Source: Sphingobacterium thalpophilum (GTDB lineage Bacteria > Pseudomonadota > Gammaproteobacteria > Burkholderiales > Burkholderiaceae_C). Taken from it: a stretch of 34,722 nt of DNA. The translations under genes and the position numbers were made by a program. Below are positions 28,194-34,722 of the stretch, one piece after another. Positions within the stretch are counted from its first letter, which is position 1. Each line of letters opens with the position of its first letter. The stretch is from NCBI GenBank assembly GCA_943369045.1, contig CALRME020000001.1, positions 1 through 34,722 on the forward strand, in the 5' to 3' direction. The notes under the pieces were generated by a model that worked only from the letters and a program-made list of their open reading frames with translations, made no database searches and was not told the origin of the DNA.

Positions 28194-30610
28194 GTGCCGT
28201 CCTCAAGCCACCAGGAGCTGAAAAAGACTCCGAGCAGGCGTTTTTCGATTCCCAGATGCTGCCGCCTGAAAAGCGGGGGGTATCGTTCGAGGCGCTTTTC
28301 TACCGGCAATTGCAGCAGGTCACCACACGTATCCATGAGACCGAGAACATAGACCAGATCATCCTGGAGGCGAGCCAGGACATCTGCAAGCTGTTCAATG
28401 CGGATCGACTGACGCTCTATGCCATCAACGAAGACCGCAGCGCCATCATCTCGAAGCTCAAGACCGGGCTCAATACGAGCAAGGATCTGAAGCTCCCCAT
28501 CAGCGCACAAAGCATCGCGGGCTACGCGGCATTCAGCAAGCAGATGCTCAACATCCCGGATGTCTATGACGACGAGGCGCTCAAGCGCATTCATCCAACG
28601 CTGAGTTTTCTCAAGGAAGTGGACAAGCGTTCAGGCTACCGGACCAAGCAGATGCTGGTGGTCCCGATCCTGGACGGCACGAACCTCCACGGCGTGTTGC
28701 AGGTCATCAACAACAAGAGTGACCAGCCTTTTGGTGATCTCGAAGTCGAAGGCGCTACTCAACTATGCAAGACACTGGCGACTGCCATCCGGCAGCGCAT
28801 GCAGAAGGCTGAAGACGGCAACAGGCGCAAGGCCACCAAGTACGACGGCTTGGTGGCGGACGGCGTGTTGACGGCCGATGAGTTGCAGCAGTGCATCCAG
28901 CGGGCCCGTGAGGAGGCCAAGCCGGTCGAACACATGCTGATGGCAGAGTTCCAGATACGGCCGGCCCAGATAGGTCCTTCGCTTGCCAAGTTCTTCGGTG
29001 TGCAATACGAAGCGTTCAACAGTGGGCGCATTCGCTCGGAAATGCTGCACGGCCCGCTCAAGCGCGAATTCATCGAGGAGCAGGGCTGGATTCCGCTTGA
29101 GGAGTCACCCGAGGGCCTTGTCGTCATGTGCATGGATCCTGAGGCGGTGAGGGGCTCACGCATTGTTCCGCAGGTCTTTCCGCGCCTGACGAAATTTTCC
29201 TATCGCGTAACGACGCAGACCGAGTTTGAAGAGACGCTCAGCCAGCTCTACGGCGCGGGTTCTGAAGGCGGCTCGATCGACGAGATGCTGGCGGACCTCA
29301 GTGCGCCGATTGACGACGAGAGCGGGGACGATAGCTCACTCGAGTCAGCCGCGGCGGACAACGAGCTGGTCAAGTTCGTCAACAAGGTGATCATCGACGC
29401 GTACAACCTGAAGGTGTCGGATATCCATATCGAGCCCTTGCCAGGCAAGGCCAAAACCGGCATCCGGTTCCGCATTGACGGCAGCTTGCAGCCGTACATC
29501 GAAGTGCCGTCGCATTTCCGGCAGGCCATGGTGACGCGCCTGAAGATCATGTGCGACCTGGACATTTCCGAGAAGCGCAAGCCCCAGGACGGCAAGATCA
29601 AGTTCAAGAAATTCGGTCCCCTGGACATCGAACTGCGGGTAGCTACCATTCCCTCTTCGGGCGGGGTTGAGGACGTCGTCATGCGTATCCTGGCGGCCGG
29701 GGAACCCATTCCCCTGGAGAAGCTGGGCCTCACGCCGCACAACAAGGAGCGGCTTGAAAAAACCGTGAGCAAGCCTTACGGGCTTTTCTATGTCTGCGGA
29801 CCGACCGGGTCGGGCAAGACCACAACGCTGCATTCGATCCTGAAATTCCTGAACACGCCAGACACCAAGATATGGACGGCCGAAGACCCTGTTGAAATCA
29901 CGCAGAAGGGTTTGCGCCAGGTACAAGTCAACAAGAAGGCCGGCATCGATTTTGCGCTGGTGATGAGAGCATTCCTGCGGGCCGACCCGGACATCATCAT
30001 GGTGGGCGAGTCGCGGGACAAGGAAACGGTGTCGATGGGCGTCGAGGCTTCGCTGACGGGCCACCTTGTGTTTTCCACGCTGCACACCAACTCCGCACCA
30101 GAATCCATCACGCGATTGGTAGACATGGGCCTGGATCCCTTCAACTTCGCCGACGCGCTGCTTGGCATCCTGGCGCAACGTCTGGCCAAGCGCCTTTGCG
30201 ACTGCAAGGAAGAGTACTTCCCCGACGGTGAAGAAATCAAGACCTTCGTTGCCGAATACGCGGAAGAGCTTCGACATACCAGTGCCTGGAAAGCTGACTA
30301 CGCGGGCGAAGCCAAGAAGCTCTATGAAAGCTGGGTCAAGCTGTATGGCCATGAGGGAAAACTGAAGTTTTACCGGGCCGTTGGCTGCGACAAGTGCAAC
30401 AAGGGTGGCTACAAGGGACGCATTGGCCTGCACGAACTCCTGATTGCCGAGGATGGCATCAAGAAACTGATTCAGGAGCGAGCCCGCGTCGCCGAGTTGT
30501 TTTCGGCTTCAGTGGAGTCCGGCATGCGCACGCTCAAGATGGATGGCATGGAAAAAATCATGCTGGGGATGACAGACTTGAAGCAAGTCCGCTCGGTTTG
30601 CATCAAGTAA
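28190..30610 (+). CDS. GAF-domain-fused GspE/PilB-family secretion/pilus assembly ATPase
   Basis: N-terminal GAF; SDIHIEP, RFRIDG, EKRKPQDG, Walker A GPTGSGKTT, TAEDPVE, LRADPDIIMVGE, His box TGHLVFSTLHTN, GCDKC..GYKGR. ATGA overlap with the PDE stop. Confidence 0.94.
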   Translation: MSAVLKPPGAEKDSEQAFFDSQMLPPEKRGVSFEALFYRQLQQVTTRIHETENIDQIILEASQDICKLFNADRLTLYAINEDRSAIISKLKTGLNTSKDLKLPISAQSIAGYAAFSKQMLNIPDVYDDEALKRIHPTLSFLKEVDKRSGYRTKQMLVVPILDGTNLHGVLQVINNKSDQPFGDLEVEGATQLCKTLATAIRQRMQKAEDGNRRKATKYDGLVADGVLTADELQQCIQRAREEAKPVEHMLMAEFQIRPAQIGPSLAKFFGVQYEAFNSGRIRSEMLHGPLKREFIEEQGWIPLEESPEGLVVMCMDPEAVRGSRIVPQVFPRLTKFSYRVTTQTEFEETLSQLYGAGSEGGSIDEMLADLSAPIDDESGDDSSLESAAADNELVKFVNKVIIDAYNLKVSDIHIEPLPGKAKTGIRFRIDGSLQPYIEVPSHFRQAMVTRLKIMCDLDISEKRKPQDGKIKFKKFGPLDIELRVATIPSSGGVEDVVMRILAAGEPIPLEKLGLTPHNKERLEKTVSKPYGLFYVCGPTGSGKTTTLHSILKFLNTPDTKIWTAEDPVEITQKGLRQVQVNKKAGIDFALVMRAFLRADPDIIMVGESRDKETVSMGVEASLTGHLVFSTLHTNSAPESITRLVDMGLDPFNFADALLGILAQRLAKRLCDCKEEYFPDGEEIKTFVAEYAEELRHTSAWKADYAGEAKKLYESWVKLYGHEGKLKFYRAVGCDKCNKGGYKGRIGLHELLIAEDGIKKLIQERARVAELFSASVESGMRTLKMDGMEKIMLGMTDLKQVRSVCIK

Positions 30611-30719
30611 CGGCCACTTACGGACAAAAATGTCATCGCCTGGCCAATGTGAAACCCAAATTTGCCATCCGGGGGCTTGATTTCCGGCACAAACGCACGA
30701 TTTGGGCGCATTCGACGAT

Positions 30720-30735
30720 TGGCACGGAATCTGCT
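30720..30735 (+). promoter_or_regulatory. Sigma54 (-24/-12) promoter of the pilin gene
   Basis: TGGCAC-GGAAT-CTGCT with correct GG/GC spacing, about 40 bp upstream of the pilin ATG. Confidence 0.8.
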
Positions 30736-30772
30736 CAATGTCATGACCCCATTTTTTACAGAGGAGTCTTTT

Positions 30773-31180
30773 ATGAAGCGTTCTATCCAGAAGGGTTTTA
30801 CCCTGATCGAACTGATGATCGTGGTTGCGATTATCGGTATCTTGGCTGCCGTCGCCCTGCCGGCCTACCAAGACTACACCGTGCGCGCCAAGGTGTCTGA
30901 ACTGATGCTGGCGGCTTCGTCTGCCAAGACGGCTGTGTCCGAAGCCGCTGCGACCCTGAGCGCACTTCCCGCGTCCACCAGCGTCACCGTGCAAACGCAG
31001 GCCTCCAAGTACGTGGCCAGCGTGGGCTGGGATGGCTCCAGCGTCATCGCGACCGCCCAAGGCGACGCCAACATCACGGGCAGCAACATTTACATGAGCG
31101 GCTCCTACGCTTCCGGTCAGGTCACCTGGACTTGCGGTGGCACGGTTCTGCAAAAGTACCGTCCCGCCAGCTGCCGTTAA
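30773..31180 (+). CDS. pilA: Type IVa major pilin
   Basis: MKRSIQKG|[27 protein letters not shown] prepilin cleavage site with E5; C-terminal disulfide loop WTC...PASCR; GAGGAG RBS. Confidence 0.97.
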   Translation: MKRSIQKGFTLIELMIVVAIIGILAAVALPAYQDYTVRAKVSELMLAASSAKTAVSEAAATLSALPASTSVTVQTQASKYVASVGWDGSSVIATAQGDANITGSNIYMSGSYASGQVTWTCGGTVLQKYRPASCR

Positions 31181-31197
31181 TTCAGCGGCTTGGTTCC

Positions 31198-31228
31198 AAA
31201 AAGCCCTCAATCGAGGGCTTTTTGTTTT
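31198..31228 (+). terminator. Intrinsic terminator after pilA
   Basis: AAAAAGCCCTC-AATC-GAGGGCTTTTT then GTTTT. Confidence 0.9.
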
Positions 31229-31241
31229 GTAACGTCACTTG

Positions 31242-32978
31242 ATGGTCCCGCACATTTCGCTCTCGATGCCGCATCCTCGCCCTACCAGTGCGCCGCTGAA
31301 CAGTCTGTGGCTAGGCATGTGGGCGATCTTTCTCTCGCTCGGTTGGCTACTGCCGAACCACTATCTTCCGTGGCGCAACTTCCAGAGTGATTTGTGGATT
31401 GCAGTCATGATGGGCCTGGCTGCGTCGGTCGTGATATGGAAGTCACGCACGGTCGACTGGCCGTGGTTGTCACTGGGCGCGTTGGCCTTGGTAGGCGTTC
31501 CATTTCTCCAGTACGCCTTCGGCTTGCTGCCCTTTGCCGGCCAGGCATGGATCAACGGCGCCTATCTGCTGGGATTCGCGCTCGCGCTGATTGTCGGCAG
31601 CCAATGGGAGCGCCTGGCTCCCGGCCAGGCGGCCGACGGCCTGTTCCTGGCCATCGGTGCCGCCGCAATCCTGTCGGTTGGCGTTCAGCTCTACCAATGG
31701 CTGGTCGAGGGCCACGGCAATACGGCCTGGCTGATCCCCAGCCCGAGTTCGCGCCCGTTTGGCAACTTTGCACAGCCCAACCAGTTGGCCACTTTTCTCA
31801 TATGGGGCTTGGTGGCCTGCGCCTGGGGTGTGCACAAGCGTGTCATCGGGGCGCCGGTAGCCCTTTTCATGGCCGCTTACCTGCTATTTGGAATTGCCTT
31901 GGCGCATTCCCGAACGGCAAGCGCAACCATCGTCGTGGTTGCGATCGCCGCCTGGCTTTGGCGCCCGCTGCGCGGAGGCGGCCGCTACCGCCGCACGGCC
32001 TTGCTGGTCACGCTCCTGGCGATTTACTACCTCGCTTGCCTGGGCAACATGGATTCGATCAACGAATACCTGCTTCGCGACCTGGTTACGGTCAACATGC
32101 TGGAGAAGACGCAGAACGAGGTGCGGCGCCTGGCCTACTCGATCTTTGCCGATGCCGTGCTCCAGAGTCCGTGGTGGGGCTATGGCTGGAGTGAAACCGC
32201 GCGCGCGCAACTGGTTGTTGCGCAGGACCATCCTGCGCTCGGCGGCTACTTTTTCCATGCCCACAACCTGTTCCTCGATCTATTGCTGTGGTGCGGCATA
32301 CCGCTGGGGGCGCTGCTTGTGGGCGCCATCGTGACCTGGTTTGGTACGCGCGCATGGCGCGTCTCGGAACCAGAAGGCGCCCTGCTGGTGGTGTTCATAG
32401 GCGCCGTTGGCTGGCACAGCATGACCGAGCTGCCGCTGCACTACGCGAGTTTCCTGCTCCCGACGGGTCTGGTAATGGGCATCCTCGATGGACGGCGCGG
32501 TGCCTTTGCCCGCAGGAGTGGACGCGGCATTCTGCTGTCCGCATTTTTCGCCGCCGCCTTGCTGCTGGGATTTCTGGCGCGCGACTACTTGGAGGTCGAG
32601 GCCAACTTCTTCGCCCTTCGTTTCGAGCGGGCCGGGCTGAGCGAGAAACCACCCCTGGCACCCCCCGAGACCGTCATGCTGACACAGCTGAGGGAATACA
32701 TCCGTTCCATGAGAACCGAAGTTGCGGGTCCGCAGAATGCCGTGCAGGTGCAATCCGCCCGCGATCTGGCAAACTCGTTTCCCAGCGAAGCCACCCTGTT
32801 CAACCTGATCCGGGCGCTGACGCTGAACAACCAACCGGACCAAGCGCTCATATGGATTGCCAAGCTCGCCAAAGTCACCGCCGCCGACCGCTACGCATAC
32901 TTGCAGCGGGTGTGGCTTTACGAAGCCAACAGGCAGCCGGAACTGCGCGCAGTCGTCTGGCCGCAATGGAAGGAATGA
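31242..32978 (+). CDS. PglL-family O-oligosaccharyltransferase (Wzy_C)
   Basis: Multi-TM protein; RPFGNFAQPNQLAT, PWWGYGW, HAHNLFLDLL, HSMTELPLHYASFLLP; adjacent to pilA. Start may be 31242 or 31266. Confidence 0.9.
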   Translation: MVPHISLSMPHPRPTSAPLNSLWLGMWAIFLSLGWLLPNHYLPWRNFQSDLWIAVMMGLAASVVIWKSRTVDWPWLSLGALALVGVPFLQYAFGLLPFAGQAWINGAYLLGFALALIVGSQWERLAPGQAADGLFLAIGAAAILSVGVQLYQWLVEGHGNTAWLIPSPSSRPFGNFAQPNQLATFLIWGLVACAWGVHKRVIGAPVALFMAAYLLFGIALAHSRTASATIVVVAIAAWLWRPLRGGGRYRRTALLVTLLAIYYLACLGNMDSINEYLLRDLVTVNMLEKTQNEVRRLAYSIFADAVLQSPWWGYGWSETARAQLVVAQDHPALGGYFFHAHNLFLDLLLWCGIPLGALLVGAIVTWFGTRAWRVSEPEGALLVVFIGAVGWHSMTELPLHYASFLLPTGLVMGILDGRRGAFARRSGRGILLSAFFAAALLLGFLARDYLEVEANFFALRFERAGLSEKPPLAPPETVMLTQLREYIRSMRTEVAGPQNAVQVQSARDLANSFPSEATLFNLIRALTLNNQPDQALIWIAKLAKVTAADRYAYLQRVWLYEANRQPELRAVVWPQWKE

Positions 32979-32985
32979 CGTCTCC

Positions 32986-33279
32986 ATGATCGGCTGGCTC
33001 GACGCGCGCGCTGCGAAGGAGTTCGGCGAATCGCTTGCGCGGTTTTATGCTGGAAAGGTGCCACTGGACCTCAAGGTGACTGAGAAGAAGTTCGCTTCCC
33101 GCACTGGGGAGACGTTGCAGAAAATGGAGCTGCAGATCGTGCAGTTCAAGCAGAACCACAAGCTCAACGTCTACAAGACAGCGCAGCTGGGCAATGCGTT
33201 CAAGTGGGCCTTGAAAGATGCCGGCTACGACGACGCATACATTGACCGGCTCACCGACTGGCTGGTCACCAAAATCTGA
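32986..33279 (+). CDS. Small hypothetical protein (97 aa)
   Basis: MIGWLDARAAKEFG...LNVYKTAQLGNAFKWALKDAGYD; AAGGA upstream; fits between pglL and the TPR gene with gaps of 7 and 11 bp. Confidence 0.8.
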   Translation: MIGWLDARAAKEFGESLARFYAGKVPLDLKVTEKKFASRTGETLQKMELQIVQFKQNHKLNVYKTAQLGNAFKWALKDAGYDDAYIDRLTDWLVTKI

Positions 33280-33290
33280 GCAGGGGCAAC

Positions 33291-34722
33291 ATGCTGCGCT
33301 GGCTCACAACCAGGTTTTCCACGGCCTCCGCTGCAAAGCATGGCGACGCATCGGCCACAGGGGCCGAGCAGGCCGAAATCCTGCGTGTCCGTGGCAACTC
33401 CGCATTGGACGAAGGGCTTCCGCAGGAGGCGGAGTCACTGTACCGGCAAGCCAGTGCGGCCGATCCTGGCAACGCCAAGGTACTTCTCAACCTGGGCTTC
33501 GCGCTCTTGGCGCAAGGTCGTCATGACGAAGTGCCGGCCCCGCTGCACGCCGCGTTGGCCATCGATCCCTCGTTGCACGACGCGCATTACATCCTGGGAG
33601 GGCTTGAACTGGGCCGCGGCAACGTCAAGGACGGAACGCAACGCCTGCGCCAGGCGCTTGCGATCAAGCCCGACTTCCCGGAGTGCCGGCGCGACCTGTG
33701 CGTGGCGCTTGCGCAGGCAGGCGAAACGGGCGAAGCGCGACGCGTGCTCGAAGGCGGTGACACCTTTGCGCCCGGCAGCCAGGAGTTCCACTTTTTCAGT
33801 GGCAACCTGCACCTTGTGGCCAACGAGTTCCAGGACGCGATCACGCAGTTCGAGCGCGCCGCACAGCTCGATACATCCAATACGGCGGCTTTGACCAACC
33901 TTGGGCTGGCGCATTTCAAGCTGGGTGACGTTCTTCGCGCGATCGAGGCCTATGACAAGGTTCTTGCCATGGAGCCCGGCAACGTCCTGGCGCATTGCAA
34001 CCTGGGCGGCGCCCAGCAGATTCGCGGCCGGCTCGACCTCGCCGCCGAAAGCTACGCGCGGGCCATGGAGCTGGACCCCGACTATGTACCGGCCCACCAT
34101 AACCGGCTCTACGCCCTCAGCTTTGATGCGCGATGCGCACCGCTGGACTACCTGCGCGAAGCCCGCCGCTCGGGCGCCTGGATGACCGCCCAGGCCAGGC
34201 CCTACTCCAGCTGGTTGAGCGATCCAGTGCCGGCTGGCGGGCGGCCGCTGAGGGTGGGGATTGTCTCGGGCGACTTGCGCAACCATGCCGTTGGAGCCTT
34301 CCTGGAGGGGGTGGTGTCTTGTCTCGATCGCAGGCGCCTGACACTTGTCGCCTATTCCACGCGGCCAGGCGGTGACCAGTTGACCGAGCGCATCAAGCCG
34401 CATTTCGCGGAATGGCATGTCGTCAATGCACTCAATGACCAGGCGCTGGCGGCGAAGATCCGGGAGGACAGGATCGATGTCCTTGTGGACCTTGCGGGGC
34501 ATACGGCCCACAACCGCCTGCCAGTGTTTGCCTGGCGTCCTGCCCCGGTGCAAGTGGCGTGGCTGGGGTTCTTCGCGACCACGGGCGTCGCCGAGATCGA
34601 CTGGATTCTGGTCGACCCCGTAGCGGTGCCCGAGGCAGGGCGTCCGTTCCTCTCCGAATCGCCCTGGTACCTTCCGGACACCCGGCTTTGCTTCACCGCA
34701 CCGGTGACTGGCCGGCCGATCC
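33291..34722 (+). CDS. TPR-repeat GT41 glycosyltransferase (SPINDLY / O-GlcNAc transferase-like), 3'-truncated by the window edge; absent from the ORF track
   Basis: Hand translation from ATG 33291: MLRWLTTRF..., several TPRs (ALTNLGLAHFKLGD, AHCNLGGAQQIRGRLDLAAESYARAMELDPD), then RPLRVGIVSGDLRNHAVG, IDVLVDLAGHT, RPAPVQVAWLGFFATTG. Confidence 0.92.
   Translation, partial: MLRWLTTRFSTASAAKHGDASATGAEQAEILRVRGNSALDEGLPQEAESLYRQASAADPGNAKVLLNLGFALLAQGRHDEVPAPLHAALAIDPSLHDAHYILGGLELGRGNVKDGTQRLRQALAIKPDFPECRRDLCVALAQAGETGEARRVLEGGDTFAPGSQEFHFFSGNLHLVANEFQDAITQFERAAQLDTSNTAALTNLGLAHFKLGDVLRAIEAYDKVLAMEPGNVLAHCNLGGAQQIRGRLDLAAESYARAMELDPDYVPAHHNRLYALSFDARCAPLDYLREARRSGAWMTAQARPYSSWLSDPVPAGGRPLRVGIVSGDLRNHAVGAFLEGVVSCLDRRRLTLVAYSTRPGGDQLTERIKPHFAEWHVVNALNDQALAAKIREDRIDVLVDLAGHTAHNRLPVFAWRPAPVQVAWLGFFATTGVAEIDWILVDPVAVPEAGRPFLSESPWYLPDTRLCFTAPVTGRPI

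Noticed and set aside
31242-32978. TfpO/PilO-type pilin glycosylase or WaaL O-antigen ligase
   Set aside because: The pilin ends in Arg rather than a terminal Ser, and the protein has PglL-type motifs and a long C-terminal extension.
33435-34553. 372-aa minus-strand ORF and the 33340-33894 plus-strand ORF
   Set aside because: They overlap the real TPR-GT41 frame starting at 33291, which the ORF track omits because it has no stop in the window.
20600-34722. Pilus/signalling region as a mobile genomic island
   Set aside because: Codon usage looks somewhat less GC-biased by eye, but there is no integrase, transposase, tRNA or flanking repeat, and sucCD-terC followed by pilin-pglL is a normal Burkholderiales arrangement.

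Overview
High-GC betaproteobacterial chromosome segment; gene order and proteins look Comamonadaceae/Burkholderiales-like (inference). Left part (1-6.3 kb): tail of a biuret-hydrolase-like gene plus GntR, then an accessory patch bracketed by two ~68-bp imperfect hairpin direct repeats (a lower-GC ApeA-like HEPN gene, a YbhB/YbcL protein, a methyltransferase), an MFS transporter and an orphan ORF. Middle (6.4-20.5 kb): housekeeping backbone of topB(+SWIB) divergent from SET-birA-SPOR-GST, a TctD/TctE-like two-component pair, marR, recA-recX, argC, sucCD and terC. The topB/SET intergenic region holds a perfect 41-bp alternating pyrimidine-purine (Z-DNA-type) tract. Right part (20.7-34.7 kb) is the most interesting: a tightly packed six-gene signalling operon (CHASE2-Ser/Thr kinase, PP2C, double-FHA protein, CHASE2-adenylate cyclase, class II cNMP phosphodiesterase, PilB/GspE ATPase with a PDE-type GAF domain). 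It sits directly upstream of a sigma54-type pilA, a PglL O-oligosaccharyltransferase, a small hypothetical gene and a TPR-GT41 (SPINDLY/OGT-like) gene that runs off the window. This suggests a self-contained writer/eraser/reader circuit for cAMP and phospho-Thr wired to a type IV pilus motor. All calls come from reading motifs by eye; no database searches were run.
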